DNA of 64,000 bases from the NCBI GenBank assembly GCA_937888955.1, contig CALAQW010000065.1, forward strand, positions 12,902-76,901, in the 5' to 3' direction. The position numbers and the translations under genes were made by a program. The first letter of the stretch is position 1, and every line of letters begins with the position of its first letter. Below the pieces are notes generated by a model. It saw nothing but the letters and a program-made list of their open reading frames with translations. It searched no databases and had not been told where the DNA came from. Source of the DNA: an uncultured Alphaproteobacteria bacterium. Its GTDB lineage: Bacteria; Pseudomonadota; Alphaproteobacteria; UBA11222. This document shows, piece after piece, positions 12,911 through 25,001 of this stretch.

Positions 12911-14626
12911 TCAGCCCGCTGTGCGCCGCAGGAAAGCGGGGATTTCCAGCTGCTCGATTTCTCCGGGGCTTTTCTGCTGTGCCGCCGCGTCGATATCGGC
13001 TCCCCGAGCTTGTGTGGCCGGGGCCGGGGCAGTCGCCTTTTTTGCCTGCATATAAGGTTCAATCCGCGATTGCTCAGCAGGTTCGGTGGCCGCCACTTCC
13101 CGCGCCCGCTTGCGACGCCCGAACAGGCCCATCCGTTCCAGGAAATTGCCGCTTTTGCCGGACCTGTCCAATGCCGCATCTGCCTCACCATGGGCGGTAG
13201 ACTGTCCGGCAAGCGGATCATGGGTCACATGATGACCAGGCGTTTGAACAGTTGTCGCGGCCGGCATGACAAAGCCGGTGGTTTCCGCAGCCGCGACAAT
13301 ATCCATTTCCCCGCGCGGCGGGGTTGCAGGGGCAGATGCCTGGGCCGCGACCGCCGCCTCGACCTCTGGCGTGACAGTCGCACCCGCTTCTGGCTCAACC
13401 TGATCCACAGCCATAGCCGCCGCACCGTTCCCGGTTGTTTCGCGGATCGTCTCATCACCATCCGCCTGATCCGCGGCAGCCACCGCTGCGGTCGGATCTG
13501 CCTTCTGCTGAGCGTCAGTTTCTGCCTCTTCCGCCGTTTCTGCCGCAGCACCATCCGCTACAACGCTGAGGCCAGGCATTTCGGTCTGGCCGGCGGCATC
13601 TTCGCGGACTTCAACAGTTGGGTTTGACACTGCAAGGGTTGGCTTCCGGTCTTTCGCTGCCAGATTGTCGACCCCTGTCGCCACGACCGAAACACGCATC
13701 CGGCCTTCCAGGTTCGGGTCAAGCGTCGATCCGACGACGATATTGGCTTCCGGGTCGACTTCCGCGCTGACCCGGCTGGTTGCCTCCTCGACCTCGAACA
13801 ATGTTAAATCCGCGCCGCCGATGATGTTGATCAGAACGCCCTTGGCGCTGGCCAAGGAAACATCTTCGAGCAACGGATTTGAAATTGCCGATTCCGCGGC
13901 TTCGGTCGCGCGGTTTTCGCCTTCCGCTTCACCCGCGCCCATCATGGCCGCGCCCGCACTGCCCATCACGGCGCGGACATCGGCGAAATCAAGATTGATG
14001 AGCCCCGGAGAAATCATCAGATCGGTAATCCCGCTGACCCCGGAAAACAATACCTGATCCGCCATGCCGAAAGCTTCGGCAAAAGTGGTCTGCTTGTTGG
14101 CCACACGGAACAGATTCTGATTGGGAATGACCAGCATGGTATCCACATGCTCGGCCAGTTCCGCCAATCCTGCCTCGGCAATCCGCAGGCGCCGCGCGCC
14201 CTCGAACTGAAACGGCTTTGTTACAACCGCGACCGTCAGGATACCCAACTCACGCGCCGCACGGGCGATCACCGGCGCCGCACCGGTCCCGGTACCGCCA
14301 CCCATGCCCGCCGTGACGAACACCATATGGCAGCCCGACAAATGATCGATAATTTCCTCAAGCGCCTCTTCCGCAGCGGCCTTGCCGACTTCGGGATGAG
14401 AACCCGCGCCAAGCCCCTGAGTCGCGGTCTCGCCCATCTGGATGCGCCGCGCCGCGCGCGATTGCGCAAGCGCCTGGGCATCGGTATTGGCGACAACGAA
14501 TTCGACGCCTTCAAGTCCACAATCAATCATATTACTGACGGCATTGCCGCCCGCACCACCGACACCGAAAACCGTAATCCTTGGTTTCAGTTCGTGCTGT
14601 TCCGGTACACTAAGAGAAATAGCCAT
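12911..14626 (-). CDS. ftsZ: cell division protein FtsZ
   Basis: Tubulin signature [12 protein letters not shown] long Ala/Glu/Pro/Thr-rich linker of roughly 230 aa, then the conserved C-terminal peptide [13 protein letters not shown] Shine-Dalgarno upstream. Confidence 0.97.
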   Translation of the reverse strand: MAISLSVPEQHELKPRITVFGVGGAGGNAVSNMIDCGLEGVEFVVANTDAQALAQSRAARRIQMGETATQGLGAGSHPEVGKAAAEEALEEIIDHLSGCHMVFVTAGMGGGTGTGAAPVIARAARELGILTVAVVTKPFQFEGARRLRIAEAGLAELAEHVDTMLVIPNQNLFRVANKQTTFAEAFGMADQVLFSGVSGITDLMISPGLINLDFADVRAVMGSAGAAMMGAGEAEGENRATEAAESAISNPLLEDVSLASAKGVLINIIGGADLTLFEVEEATSRVSAEVDPEANIVVGSTLDPNLEGRMRVSVVATGVDNLAAKDRKPTLAVSNPTVEVREDAAGQTEMPGLSVVADGAAAETAEEAETDAQQKADPTAAVAAADQADGDETIRETTGNGAAAMAVDQVEPEAGATVTPEVEAAVAAQASAPATPPRGEMDIVAAAETTGFVMPAATTVQTPGHHVTHDPLAGQSTAHGEADAALDRSGKSGNFLERMGLFGRRKRAREVAATEPAEQSRIEPYMQAKKATAPAPATQARGADIDAAAQQKSPGEIEQLEIPAFLRRTAG

Positions 14627-14703
14627 GTTTAATCCTCCAACCTTTTGCCCGCCTCAGTCATCACACTCACTTGAGCTCGAAATGAGATACCATCGGCATC
14701 CCG

Positions 14704-15978
14704 TTACAAATTTTGCCGCAGCCATTGCCCGACACGCGCCAGCCGCCCGACGGGCAACTGCGCTGTTTCCGTTTCCACCAGATCGCCATTTTCAAGCGGT
14801 CCGTTCATCGCAAAGCTGATCAGCCCCGCAGCAGTTGCGCTGCCGGCGCCTTCCACCGAAGAAGGCAACCCGTCCAGACGGATCGGCCGGCCGATCCGTA
14901 CCTGACATCCCAAAATTTCCGCAGCCAGCTCACGGACCCCCGAAAGCTGGCTTGCGCCACCTGTCAGCACGACTTTCCGGCCCGCGACTTCCTGCATGCC
15001 CGACGCAACGATCCGATCACGGATAAGTTCAAACGTCTCTTCCAGCCTGAACTGGATGATGCCGTTCAGAATCGATCTGGGAACATGATTTGCGCTGTCG
15101 CGCTCTTCCTCGCCGATACAGGGAATGTCGATCATCTCACGTTCGTCAGACGGGCTGACCGTCGCGCTGCCGTAAAGCGCCTTCACCCTTTCGGCGGTCG
15201 CATAGCTTGTCGACAGCCCATAAGCCACATCATTCGTGACATGCATCCCGCCAACCGGCACATGATCGATATGGATCAGGTTCCCCGCCGCAAACAATGC
15301 GATCCCGGTTTGACCGCCCCCCATATCGATGCAGGTAACACCAAGTTCGGTTTCATCCTCGACCAGGCAGGACAAGCCCGCCGCATAGGGCGAGGCAACA
15401 CAACCGACGATTTCCAGATGACAGCGTTCAACACACATGGCGAGATTGCGCATCGGTCCGGCAAGCGCCGTCACGAAATGCAAACAAGCGCCAAGCCGCA
15501 TGCCAAACATGCCCCGCGGATCAGCAATCCCCTTATTGCCATCCAGCGCATAGCCAACGGGGATAGCGTGAATAACATGTCCCTCCGGATCGCGGTTACG
15601 CAGCCGTGCCTGATGCAACACTTTCTTCACATCGACTTCACGGACTTCCGGCCCAGACAGGGTTACCTCCGCGCGGGCCATATGGCTCTCAGGCTGTCCA
15701 CAACTGATATTGACGGTAACGCGGTGGACCGTCTCGTCAGCCATTCTTTCGGCCTTGGCAACAGCGGCGCGGATCGCGCTTTCGGCTTCCGCCATATTGA
15801 CGATCCCGCCCGCACGCACGCCGCGCGCGGCATGACTGCCGACACCGATGATCCGTGGTCGCCATCCACCCCGCCCGCGATCCTGCTCGACCCGGGCGAT
15901 GAAACAGCTGATCTTGGTGGTGCCGATGTCAAGCACCGAAATCAGGCGATTACGCGCAGGCTGCATTCTCATGACCAC
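14704..15978 (-). CDS. ftsA: cell division protein FtsA
   Basis: Actin-fold motifs VLDIGTTKI, IDMGGGQT and VLTGGASQL. Lies between ftsQ and ftsZ. The start could instead be one of the Met codons at 15972 or 15966. Confidence 0.95.
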   Translation of the reverse strand: MVMRMQPARNRLISVLDIGTTKISCFIARVEQDRGRGGWRPRIIGVGSHAARGVRAGGIVNMAEAESAIRAAVAKAERMADETVHRVTVNISCGQPESHMARAEVTLSGPEVREVDVKKVLHQARLRNRDPEGHVIHAIPVGYALDGNKGIADPRGMFGMRLGACLHFVTALAGPMRNLAMCVERCHLEIVGCVASPYAAGLSCLVEDETELGVTCIDMGGGQTGIALFAAGNLIHIDHVPVGGMHVTNDVAYGLSTSYATAERVKALYGSATVSPSDEREMIDIPCIGEEERDSANHVPRSILNGIIQFRLEETFELIRDRIVASGMQEVAGRKVVLTGGASQLSGVRELAAEILGCQVRIGRPIRLDGLPSSVEGAGSATAAGLISFAMNGPLENGDLVETETAQLPVGRLARVGQWLRQNL

Positions 15979-16889
15979 CTCCGCATCGGATTTCGTGACA
16001 GCCGGGCCTCGCGCCCCTGAGGGCCTATCCGCCGGACGCGCCCTTCGCTCAACCGCACGATCACCTGATCAGGCAAACGCAGATCGACAACCTCGACATC
16101 ACGTCCCAACAGTCCCTCGCGCGCCTCATATGCCGCGAGTACCCGCCATGCTGTCTGCGGATCAGCCTCAGGCAGGCGGATATCGATCCCGTTTTGCAGC
16201 CTCAGGTCCCACCGTCTTCCGCCGATACGGATTGCTGCCGCCACACGGCGTTGCAGCCACCGCTCGCGCGACAGCATCGTGAGCAAATCGGACGCAGCCT
16301 CAGCAGCCCCCTTTCCGACGACAAGCGGCAGATGCACATACTCAGGAACATCTTTCTCGGTAATCGGCGCACCGCGATAATCGACAAGCACCATCCGGCG
16401 ATCTATTTGCCAGATCGCGATCGGCCGCCGTTCCTCGATTTCAACATGCAGGGTATCTGGCAGCTTTCTGATGATCGTGGCACGTTTGACCCAGGCAAGC
16501 TTTGCGAGCCGCTGCTGCGCGGCGGTAATGTCGGCATGCAGAATGGAATCGCCCACCGCGACATTCAGCGCATCCAGAATTTCCGTTGTTTCTGTTTGCG
16601 CGCGCCCGGCAACCGTTACCGACCGGACCGACAATCCAAGATCGAGTAAGGTCTGACGGACATATCGGCTGCTTTCCTGTTTCAACAAGTCGATATAGCC
16701 AAACTGCGCCGCCGCAATACTGCCCAACCCGACGCACACTGCCAGCAGTGCAATTGCTGCGGCAAAACCCGTACGCGGGTAAGCACGCATCAGGCGCAAA
16801 AATGCACCCACGCGCCCACTCCGGCGCGCGCCCGCTTTTGCCGTGGCCTTGCGGTCGGTCGATTTGCGGAAAAAATTCAGCGCGCGCAT
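15969..16889 (-). CDS. ftsQ: cell division protein FtsQ
   Basis: ATG at 16889 gives a basic N-terminus, a single TM helix ([20 protein letters not shown]) and a POTRA-like region. Position between ddl and ftsA. Confidence 0.85.
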   Translation of the reverse strand: MRALNFFRKSTDRKATAKAGARRSGRVGAFLRLMRAYPRTGFAAAIALLAVCVGLGSIAAAQFGYIDLLKQESSRYVRQTLLDLGLSVRSVTVAGRAQTETTEILDALNVAVGDSILHADITAAQQRLAKLAWVKRATIIRKLPDTLHVEIEERRPIAIWQIDRRMVLVDYRGAPITEKDVPEYVHLPLVVGKGAAEAASDLLTMLSRERWLQRRVAAAIRIGGRRWDLRLQNGIDIRLPEADPQTAWRVLAAYEAREGLLGRDVEVVDLRLPDQVIVRLSEGRVRRIGPQGREARLSRNPMRRWS

Positions 16890-17803
16890 GAAGCATCCTC
16901 CACCAGCCACTGACAGAGTTGATCGAATGTGATGCCGCAAAATTCCGCCTGCTCTGGAACGAGCGAGGTGGGCGTCATGCCCGGTTGCGTATTGATTTCA
17001 AGCAGATAAATGCCCTCAGCCCCTTGCGCGGGATCATATCTGAAATCTGCGCGGGTAACGCCACGACACCCTAATATCCGATGCGCCTGTTCAGCGATCG
17101 CACAGGCCTGCGACGCGATATCCGCATCCAGATCGGCGGGCAGAATATGCCGCGAGCCGCCGCTCGCATATTTCGCTTCATAGTCATAAAATCGCGTCAT
17201 TGGCTCGATTTCGGTCACCGCCAGCGCCTTGCCATCCATAACCGCAACGGTAATCTCACGACCGGGAATAAAACGTTCGACCAGTGCCATGTCCCCGAAC
17301 TTCCAGGCCTCGCCCGAGAACATCGCGGGCAATTCATTCTGCCCTTCCTGGATAATCGCGACCCCGACGCTTGATCCTTCTGTCACCGGCTTCACGACAC
17401 AGGGAAAATAGGGAAGTTCCCGGCTGCTGAGATCCTCATACGGAATAAGCTGCCCTTCAGGGCATTTTATCCCGTCCGCGACAAACAGCGATTTCGCAAC
17501 CTGCTTGTCCATTGCGATAGCGGATGCCTTGACGCCGGAATGGGTGTAGGCAAGCCCCATCACTTCAAGCATGCCCTGCACACATCCATCCTCGCCCCAC
17601 CGCCCATGCAGTGCATTGAAGACGATATCAGGCGCGATATCGGCAAGCCGCGCAGCCAGATCAGGCGCCGCATCGATTTCCGTGACTTCATATCCACACC
17701 GGCGCAAGGCGGCCGCGCACTGTGCGCCTGAAACCAGGCTCACTTCCCGTTCCGCCGACCAGCCACCCTTCAGGACGGCGATATGTTTTTCGCCGCCGCT
17801 CAT
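16877..17803 (-). CDS. ddl: D-alanine--D-alanine ligase
   Basis: Motifs [27 protein letters not shown]-grasp region and [11 protein letters not shown]. The ATG at 17803 overlaps the murB stop (ATGA). Confidence 0.95.
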   Translation of the reverse strand: MSGGEKHIAVLKGGWSAEREVSLVSGAQCAAALRRCGYEVTEIDAAPDLAARLADIAPDIVFNALHGRWGEDGCVQGMLEVMGLAYTHSGVKASAIAMDKQVAKSLFVADGIKCPEGQLIPYEDLSSRELPYFPCVVKPVTEGSSVGVAIIQEGQNELPAMFSGEAWKFGDMALVERFIPGREITVAVMDGKALAVTEIEPMTRFYDYEAKYASGGSRHILPADLDADIASQACAIAEQAHRILGCRGVTRADFRYDPAQGAEGIYLLEINTQPGMTPTSLVPEQAEFCGITFDQLCQWLVEDASCAR

Positions 17804-18759
17804 TTCGCGCCTCTTGACTGACCTGCGGGCAGACCGATCCGCCTGATTTCCCAAACCAGATCAATCCCGGAATCAGCCTTCACCCGCTCACGCACCAATT
17901 CGCCGAGCGCCTCAAGCTCATCAGCCGTCGCCCCACCCGTATTGATCAGAAAATTGCAGTGCTTTTCGGACACCATCGCCCGCCCAAGCCGCAAACCCCG
18001 GCACCCCGCCGCATCGATCAGTTCCCAGGCTTTTCGGCCACCCGCGAGATCGGCGGGCGGATTGCGGAAGGTGCTGCCGCCGGTGCGCTGATTGACCGGC
18101 TGCGCATCGGCGCGGGCGGCGGCCACCTCCGCAAGGCGGGCGGAGATCCGGTCTGTATCGCCCGGCACGCCCTGCAAGACGATATCGGTCAGAATGACAT
18201 CATCGGGTATCGCACTGTGCCGATAGGAAAAATCCGCTTCTGCCGGGCCGAACTGGATTGAATTCCCCTGCCTGTCGATACCGGACGCCGAAACAAAGAT
18301 ATCGCTTATCTCACCGCCATACGCGCCGGCATTCATCTTCACCGCACCGCCAAGCATACCGGGAATACCGCGCAGAAATTCAAACCCGGCAATCGCCGCA
18401 TCGCGCGCCGCCACCGCCAGCTTGACATCCATTGCGCCCGCACCAACCCGGATACGATTGCCCGGCAAGACCTCGATCGCGGCAAATTCAGCGCCAAGAT
18501 GCACAACCAGTCCCGGCACACCACCTTCGCGCACCAGCAGGTTTGACCCCGCACCGATAACGCACACCGGAACGCCCGCGGGCAACGCGGCCAGGCAAGC
18601 GGACAATTCCGTTCTGCTTTCGGGGCGATAGAGAAGCTCGGCCGGGCCACCGGCGCGAAACCAGCTTAACGGCGCAAGCGGCGCATGCGCGGCAAGATTA
18701 CCGGCTATATGCGACAGCGCATCGAAGAAATCTGGCCTGTGGGTCATGAGCGCATTCAT
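17800..18759 (-). CDS. murB: UDP-N-acetylenolpyruvoylglucosamine reductase
   Basis: FAD-binding region GAGSNLLV and motif GGSTFRNP. The ATG at 18759 overlaps the murC stop (ATGA); an alternative ATG lies at 18777. Confidence 0.93.
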   Translation of the reverse strand: MNALMTHRPDFFDALSHIAGNLAAHAPLAPLSWFRAGGPAELLYRPESRTELSACLAALPAGVPVCVIGAGSNLLVREGGVPGLVVHLGAEFAAIEVLPGNRIRVGAGAMDVKLAVAARDAAIAGFEFLRGIPGMLGGAVKMNAGAYGGEISDIFVSASGIDRQGNSIQFGPAEADFSYRHSAIPDDVILTDIVLQGVPGDTDRISARLAEVAAARADAQPVNQRTGGSTFRNPPADLAGGRKAWELIDAAGCRGLRLGRAMVSEKHCNFLINTGGATADELEALGELVRERVKADSGIDLVWEIRRIGLPAGQSRGAK

Positions 18760-20180
18760 CCCGCACCTGCCTGACATGCTGTCTCATTCAACTCACCGGG
18801 CAGCGCATTTGCCCACTGGGTCACGCTGCCCGCGCCAAGACACAGAACGATATCGCCGGGCTTCGCCTCGTCTCGGATAATTCCGGCCAGTGCACCGGCG
18901 TCGGGCAAGGCAATCACATGCCGGTGCCCGTGATCGCGAAGCCCCTGCACCAGCCCGTCACGATCAATCCCGGGGATCGGGGTTTCGCCTGCCGCATGGA
19001 CATCGGCCACAATCACCGTATCCGCATCGTTGAAGCAGGTGCAGAATTCCTCGAAAAGCTCGGACAATCGGGAATAGCGATGCGGTTGCACCACGGCGAT
19101 AATCCGGCCGCTGCAGATTTCCCGCGCCGCCTGCAAAGCCGACGCGATTTCCACGGGATGATGACCGTAATCATCAATAATGGCGCAGCCATTCCAGATG
19201 CCTGTCTGGGTAAAGCGGCGCTTGACGCCTGCGAAATCACGCAATGCATCGCGCGCAACATCCCAGGAGATACCAAGCTCGCCTGCAACGGCCAGTGCCG
19301 CAAGGCTGTTACGCACATTGTGCAGCCCGGGCATCGGCGTGCGGATATTGGCTATCTTGTTAACTTCGCCGCTAAGCCGGTCCGTGATCTGAAGGTCGAA
19401 ATTCGATCCCCCGGCTTGCGTACAGATATTGATCGCCCGCAAATCCGCCTGCGGCGAGGTGCCATAGGTAACGAACCGACGATCGCGTACCCGTCCGATC
19501 AACGCCTGAACTTCGGGATGATCGATGCAGACAATCGCGCAGCCGTAAAACGGAATATTCTCGACAAAGGCTTCAAAAGCCGACCGCAACCCGTCAAAAC
19601 CGCCATAGAAGTCGAGATGTTCGGGATCGATATTGGTCACCACCGCAAGCGTTGCAGGCAGTTTGACAAATGTGCCATCGGACTCGTCCGCCTCGACAAC
19701 CATCCACTCACCGGTGCCAAGCCGGGCATTGGTGCCATAGGCATTGACGATCCCGCCATTGATCACTGTCGGATCGAGCCCGCCCGCATCCAGCAGACAG
19801 GCAACAAGCGATGTTGTCGTCGTCTTGCCATGCGTGCCCGCAACCGACACGCACCATTTCAGGCGCATCAGCTCGGCAAGCATTTCCGCACGGCGCACAA
19901 TCGGTAAAGAGCGTTCCCGCGCGGCCAGCAATTCGGGATTGTCGGGGCGGATCGCAGACGAAATAACAACCACACCGGCGGCCCCCAGATTATCCGGCGA
20001 CTGACCAATCGCAACCGATATACCGAGCGCGCGCAACCGCGCGACATTGGCATTTTCCGCCGCATCGGAACCCTGCACCTCATAGCCGAGATTATGCATG
20101 ACCTCGGCAATGCCGCTCATTCCGATGCCACCGATCCCGATGATGTGCACAGCGCCGATATCGAAGGGGATCCTGCTCAT
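18756..20180 (-). CDS. murC: UDP-N-acetylmuramate--L-alanine ligase
   Basis: Motifs [13 protein letters not shown] and GTHGKTTTT. The ATG at 20180 overlaps the murG stop. Confidence 0.95.
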   Translation of the reverse strand: MSRIPFDIGAVHIIGIGGIGMSGIAEVMHNLGYEVQGSDAAENANVARLRALGISVAIGQSPDNLGAAGVVVISSAIRPDNPELLAARERSLPIVRRAEMLAELMRLKWCVSVAGTHGKTTTTSLVACLLDAGGLDPTVINGGIVNAYGTNARLGTGEWMVVEADESDGTFVKLPATLAVVTNIDPEHLDFYGGFDGLRSAFEAFVENIPFYGCAIVCIDHPEVQALIGRVRDRRFVTYGTSPQADLRAINICTQAGGSNFDLQITDRLSGEVNKIANIRTPMPGLHNVRNSLAALAVAGELGISWDVARDALRDFAGVKRRFTQTGIWNGCAIIDDYGHHPVEIASALQAAREICSGRIIAVVQPHRYSRLSELFEEFCTCFNDADTVIVADVHAAGETPIPGIDRDGLVQGLRDHGHRHVIALPDAGALAGIIRDEAKPGDIVLCLGAGSVTQWANALPGELNETACQAGAG

Positions 20181-21352
20181 ATAACGGCCCTTTCCATCAC
20201 ATTGCCGGCAGGGTCGCCGTCCGGGCACAGCATATCGGGGCGAGCGTCGGCGGGCACCCGGCGCATCACCATATCGGCCAGCGCCTCAGCCGCGTTTGGA
20301 CGCCCGAGCATACGCGCCGCGGCCGCCGCCGCTTCAAGCTGTTCGGGATGGCGGAACAGTTTCTGTAAAAGCTTTGCCAGCGCAGCGGGCGTCATTGTGC
20401 TTTCTTCCAACAGCCATGCAGCACCTGCCTGCACAAGCTGGCGCGCATTCTCCAACTGCTGCTGATCCGCGTGATGGGGATAGGGCACAAGGATTGACGG
20501 ACGCCCCGCCACCGTCAGTTCACTGATGGTTGTCGCACCGGATCGCGCAATCACCAGATCCGCGCTGGCAAGCGCTGCGGGCATATCGCGAATAAAGCTA
20601 TGCAATTCGGCTGTAATCGCGGTGCGGGCATATTGCTCTTTGACAGCCGCCAGATTTTCCTCACGGCATTGCTGCAAGATACGCACACGCCTTTGCACCG
20701 CAAGCGGCAAACTTGCCAGCGCCGCAGGCACCATATCGCTGAATATCTGTGCCCCCTGACTGCCGCCAAAGACAACGATATTGACAGCATCATCATCGGT
20801 GGGCGCTGTGTAGGGAATAGCATGGCAGGATGCAATTTCCGCCCTTACAGGGTTGCCCGTGACCGTGATTTTTGCCGGGTCGGCCCCGCCAAGCCCCGAC
20901 AACCCGTCGACAGAGGCAGCAATCGCATGGACGTATTTCGCCAGCAAACGGTTGACCCGGCCCAACACCGCATTTTGTTCGTGAATGACAGTCGGGATAC
21001 GCAAAATCACCGCCGCCAACAATCCTGGCAAAGCCGGATAGCCGCCGAAACCAACAATAATCGCAGGACGATTACGGCCCAGGATCAACAGGGATTGCAA
21101 CGTTCCCCAGGCCAGCGCGAATGCGGCGGCAAGCTTTGCACGCAATCCGCCCGATGGATTACGCGCGGCGATCACGGATATGTTTGCCGCACCAAATACA
21201 GTCGCATATGCCGCCCCCCGGCGATCGGTGATCAGACCGATCGGCACGCCGCGACGGCGCAATTCCTGCGCCAGCGCCTGCGCGGGGAAGATATGCCCGC
21301 CCGTGCCGCCTGCGCACAGCATCACGTAACCGGTGGTCTTGGGAGTTGTCAT
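20177..21352 (-). CDS. murG: undecaprenyldiphospho-muramoylpentapeptide beta-N-acetylglucosaminyltransferase
   Basis: Motifs [10 protein letters not shown] and [14 protein letters not shown] overlap with the ftsW stop. Confidence 0.95.
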   Translation of the reverse strand: MTTPKTTGYVMLCAGGTGGHIFPAQALAQELRRRGVPIGLITDRRGAAYATVFGAANISVIAARNPSGGLRAKLAAAFALAWGTLQSLLILGRNRPAIIVGFGGYPALPGLLAAVILRIPTVIHEQNAVLGRVNRLLAKYVHAIAASVDGLSGLGGADPAKITVTGNPVRAEIASCHAIPYTAPTDDDAVNIVVFGGSQGAQIFSDMVPAALASLPLAVQRRVRILQQCREENLAAVKEQYARTAITAELHSFIRDMPAALASADLVIARSGATTISELTVAGRPSILVPYPHHADQQQLENARQLVQAGAAWLLEESTMTPAALAKLLQKLFRHPEQLEAAAAAARMLGRPNAAEALADMVMRRVPADARPDMLCPDGDPAGNVMERAVI

Positions 21353-22494
21353 TCGCCCCTCCCCACCGAAACGCCGCCAATACCGATACCTGCGCGTTTA
21401 CGCAGCAATGCAAGCAGCATCCCCACGGTCAGGGAAACCGCAAGCAGGGAAGAACCGCCATAGCTGATGAACGGCAGCGTCATGCCCTTCGAGGGCAGCA
21501 GATCGAGGCTCACCCCCATATTGATTGCCGCCTGCATCCCAAACAGGAAAATCAGCCCGAATGCCGCGATCTGCACGAAATTGTCTTCGCTGACAAAAAC
21601 CCGCGCCAGACCCCGCAGGACGATAAACGCAAACAGGCCGACAAGCAGCAGACAGACAATGCCGCCAAATTCCTCGCCCACCACCGCAAAAATATAATCG
21701 GTGTGCGCATCGGGCAGCACCCGTTTGACTTCGCCCTCGCCTGGCCCCTGCCCCAACAATCCGCCGCGCGAAAACGCATCGACAGCCTTGTCGACCTGAT
21801 AGTTATCGCCCGACGCCGGATTCAGAAAGCGGTCTATTCTGTTGGTGACATGCGGCACGAACATATAGGCAAGCATCGTACCCAGCGCCATGACAGCACC
21901 GCTCATCACGATCAGGATACGCGGCATGCCCGATACAAAGAACATGACACCGAAGGTGGCGGTAAGAAGCACGGTCTGACCAAAATCGGGTTGCGCCATC
22001 AGCAGCAATACCGCGCCGGCCCAAAGACCACAGGCAATCCAGTATCCTGGCACACCGCTACCCCGGTTTTGTTCCGCGAACATCCATGCCATGACAATGA
22101 CAAGAGCCGGTTTCAGGAACTCGGACGGCTGCAAGGACATGCCCGCAACTGAAATCCATCTTTGCGCGCCATTCCGTTCCGCCCCGAACAACAATGTGGC
22201 AATAATGCCAAGTACCGACAGCAGAAAAATGGCCAGCGCCACCCGGCGAATATTCCGAACAGACAAGGTCGACATGCCGATCATCAGGATGATGGCGGCC
22301 GGCAGAAATATGAAATGCTTGCGGACGAACAGATAAGTCTCAAAGCCCATCCGTTCCGCATAAGCCGGGGAGGCCGCAAAGGACATCAGAATACCGAAAA
22401 CGATAAGTGCACTCGCCGCGCCGAGGATCCACCGGTCGACAGTCCACCACCATTGGCTGAGAATGCTGGTATCGGTGCGGGCAAAGCTGCTCAT
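21349..22494 (-). CDS. ftsW: SEDS-family peptidoglycan glycosyltransferase FtsW
   Basis: Polytopic membrane protein with QPSEFLKP and SYGGSS motifs. Position between murD and murG. Confidence 0.92.
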   Translation of the reverse strand: MSSFARTDTSILSQWWWTVDRWILGAASALIVFGILMSFAASPAYAERMGFETYLFVRKHFIFLPAAIILMIGMSTLSVRNIRRVALAIFLLSVLGIIATLLFGAERNGAQRWISVAGMSLQPSEFLKPALVIVMAWMFAEQNRGSGVPGYWIACGLWAGAVLLLMAQPDFGQTVLLTATFGVMFFVSGMPRILIVMSGAVMALGTMLAYMFVPHVTNRIDRFLNPASGDNYQVDKAVDAFSRGGLLGQGPGEGEVKRVLPDAHTDYIFAVVGEEFGGIVCLLLVGLFAFIVLRGLARVFVSEDNFVQIAAFGLIFLFGMQAAINMGVSLDLLPSKGMTLPFISYGGSSLLAVSLTVGMLLALLRKRAGIGIGGVSVGRGE

Positions 22495-23903
22495 GCCGCT
22501 CCCCCTTTGGCCTGGGCGGCTTGCCGCAACGCATCAACCGATGCGCAGAAAGCCGCCCCGCGCGCCTCGAAATTCTCGAACTGATCAAAAGACGCGCATG
22601 CGGGCGACAGCAATATAACAGCCTCATCCTGCCTGGATGCATCCGCGAAAGCCGCTGCCACCGCATTCTCCAGATCGCCGCAAATCACATGCGCGACATC
22701 GGCGAGTGTGGCCGAGAATGCTTCTGCCGCCTCGCCAATCAGATAGGCTTTTGCAATGCGCGGGAAAAAAGGTTTCAGCGCATCAATGCCACCTGATTTG
22801 GCAACCCCGCCAAGGATAAGGAAAATATTCGTGTAACATGACAGCGCGCGCGCGGTCGCATCCGCATTCGTTGCCTTTGAATCATTCACAAAACGGACAT
22901 TGCCGATGTGACCCAGCTGCTCCATCCGATGGGCAAGGCCCGGAAAGCTTTCGATCGCCGCACAAATTTGCCCGCGGGCGATACCGAGCGCACGCGCCGC
23001 GGCATAGGCCGCAGCCACATTCTGCCAATTGTGGCGCCCCGGAAGGTGCGGCAGGTCGCGCAGATCCATCTGCGGATGAACGGCACCCGCTTCGACCTCA
23101 CACAACGTCCCGTCGCGCACAAAGACACCCTGCGCAATCTCTCCCCCGGTTGACAGGGACACAACCGGCCGGCCATCCGCATGCAAATCATCACGGATAT
23201 GCCGACTATAGCTGTCATCGACACCGACGATACAGGTGCCGGCAGCGGGCATGCCGTCAAAGACGCGGCTTTTCGCGGCCACATAGCCGGCCATATCCCC
23301 GTGCCGGTCAAGATGATCGGGCGTGATATTCAGGAGGATCGCGATATCGGCTTCGCTACAGCGCGTCAGGTCGAGCTGGAAGGACGATATCTCGACCACA
23401 TAAACCCCTTGCTCGGGTAGCGCGGGTAATTCCAGCACCGCCGTTCCGATATTACCGCCAACCGCAACCGGCAATCCCGCCGCCGCGACAATATGGCCGA
23501 GCAGCGCCGTGGTCGTCGATTTGCCGTTTGTGCCGGTAATCAGCACAAGCCGTGTCGGTTCCGTGCGTGCCGCGCGGGCGCGGGCAAACAGCTCGATATC
23601 CCCCAGAATTTCACACCCCGCCTCACGCGCGCTGGCGATCACCGGATGCGGCTTGGGGAAATGCAATGGAATGCCCGGACTGACCACAAGGCTTGCAACC
23701 TCTGACCAGGCAATCTGCGCCGGATCATCGATCACTGCCGCCGGCCCGAGGCATTGCCGCGCCCGCTCACGTGCCGCAGGCGCGTCATCCCAGGCAAGCA
23801 GCGTCGCCCCGCCCGCAAGCAAAGCATGACCAGCAGCGATTCCCGTGCGGCTAAGCCCGAGCAACGCAACCTTCCGGTCAGCATATGTGGCGATCTTGAT
23901 CAA
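22491..23903 (-). CDS. murD: UDP-N-acetylmuramoylalanine--D-glutamate ligase
   Basis: Mur ligase P-loop GTNGKSTT and motif NDSKATN. Confidence 0.95.
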   Translation of the reverse strand: MIKIATYADRKVALLGLSRTGIAAGHALLAGGATLLAWDDAPAARERARQCLGPAAVIDDPAQIAWSEVASLVVSPGIPLHFPKPHPVIASAREAGCEILGDIELFARARAARTEPTRLVLITGTNGKSTTTALLGHIVAAAGLPVAVGGNIGTAVLELPALPEQGVYVVEISSFQLDLTRCSEADIAILLNITPDHLDRHGDMAGYVAAKSRVFDGMPAAGTCIVGVDDSYSRHIRDDLHADGRPVVSLSTGGEIAQGVFVRDGTLCEVEAGAVHPQMDLRDLPHLPGRHNWQNVAAAYAAARALGIARGQICAAIESFPGLAHRMEQLGHIGNVRFVNDSKATNADATARALSCYTNIFLILGGVAKSGGIDALKPFFPRIAKAYLIGEAAEAFSATLADVAHVICGDLENAVAAAFADASRQDEAVILLSPACASFDQFENFEARGAAFCASVDALRQAAQAKGGAA

Positions 23904-23906
23904 CAG

Positions 23907-25001
23907 CTACCTCAATTTGAGCGACGACAGACCGATCAGCGCCAAGATCAGCGCGATAATCCAGAAACGAATGACAATGGTTGGTTCGGCCCAGCCGCGT
24001 TTTTCATAGTGATGATGGATCGGCGCCATGGCGAAAACCCGCTTGCCGGTCCATTTGAACGAGGCGACCTGAACGATCACCGAAACGGCCTCAAGGACGA
24101 ATAGCCCGCCGATGATGGCAAGCACGATTTCATGTTTTGTCACAACCGCAATCGCGCCCAAAGCGCCGCCGAGCGAGAGCGACCCTGTGTCGCCCATCAT
24201 CACCATGGCCGGCGGTGCGTTGAACCACAGAAAACCAAGGCCCGCGCCAACCATCGCGCCACAGAACACGGCCAGCTCACCAGTGCCGGGGACCGAAACG
24301 ATCTGCAGATAGTTACTGAACACCGCATTGCCGACGAGATAGGCGATCAGCGCGAAACTTGCCGCTGTGATCATGACCGGCATGATCGCAAGCCCGTCCA
24401 GCCCGTCGGTCAAATTGACGGAATTGGAGGTGCCGACAATCACGAAGACTGCCATCGGCAGGAAGAAAATCCCCAAATCGATCAGGCCGTTCTTGAAAAA
24501 GGGCACAACCAGAATATTGGCATGTTCCTCAGCAGCGATTTGCCCGATCCACCAGACAGCACCGACGGCGATCGCAATTTCCAGCAGCAACTTGATCTTT
24601 CCCGGAACGCCGCGGCTGTTACGCTTTGTCACCTTCAGATAATCATCGGCAAATCCGACAAGCCCATAGCCAAGCGTCACAAGCATCACAGCCCAGACAT
24701 AGCGGTTGGACAGATCCGCCCAAAGCAAGGTCCCGACCGTCAGACCAAGCAGGATCATGAAGCCGCCCATTGTCGGCGTTCCGGCTTTGGTAACGATGTG
24801 ACTTTCGGGTCCGTCCTCGCGGATCGGCTGACCTTCGGGCTGCAACCGTTTGAGATGCCTGATGATAGCCGGCCCGAACAGGAAGCTGATGAACAGCGCG
24901 GTCATCAATGCACCACCGGTCCTGAAGGTCAGATAGCGGAACAGATTGAGCGGCCCAAACTCATCCGCCAGCGGAACAAGAAGATTATACAGCATCTTCA
25001 A
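23907..25001 (-). CDS. mraY: phospho-N-acetylmuramoyl-pentapeptide transferase
   Basis: Motifs [19 protein letters not shown] and MGDTGSL, with 10 predicted TM-like segments. The start may be the ATG at 24995. Confidence 0.97.
   Translation of the reverse strand: MKMLYNLLVPLADEFGPLNLFRYLTFRTGGALMTALFISFLFGPAIIRHLKRLQPEGQPIREDGPESHIVTKAGTPTMGGFMILLGLTVGTLLWADLSNRYVWAVMLVTLGYGLVGFADDYLKVTKRNSRGVPGKIKLLLEIAIAVGAVWWIGQIAAEEHANILVVPFFKNGLIDLGIFFLPMAVFVIVGTSNSVNLTDGLDGLAIMPVMITAASFALIAYLVGNAVFSNYLQIVSVPGTGELAVFCGAMVGAGLGFLWFNAPPAMVMMGDTGSLSLGGALGAIAVVTKHEIVLAIIGGLFVLEAVSVIVQVASFKWTGKRVFAMAPIHHHYEKRGWAEPTIVIRFWIIALILALIGLSSLKLR

Noticed and set aside
14713-16020. 435-codon plus-strand ORF antisense to ftsA. 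Similar long antisense ORFs occur at 9573-10370, 11774-12649, 18918-19907, 20600-21463, 21346-22152, 24132-25091, 26023-26979, 32209-33156, 44601-45593, 47508-48539 and 48642-49628.
   Set aside because: Each lies opposite a gene with unambiguous conserved motifs (ftsA, recN, lpxC, murC, murG, ftsW, mraY, murF/murE, MaoC, CoxD, UDG/AtuA). Their products are Arg/Pro/His-rich with no recognisable domains.
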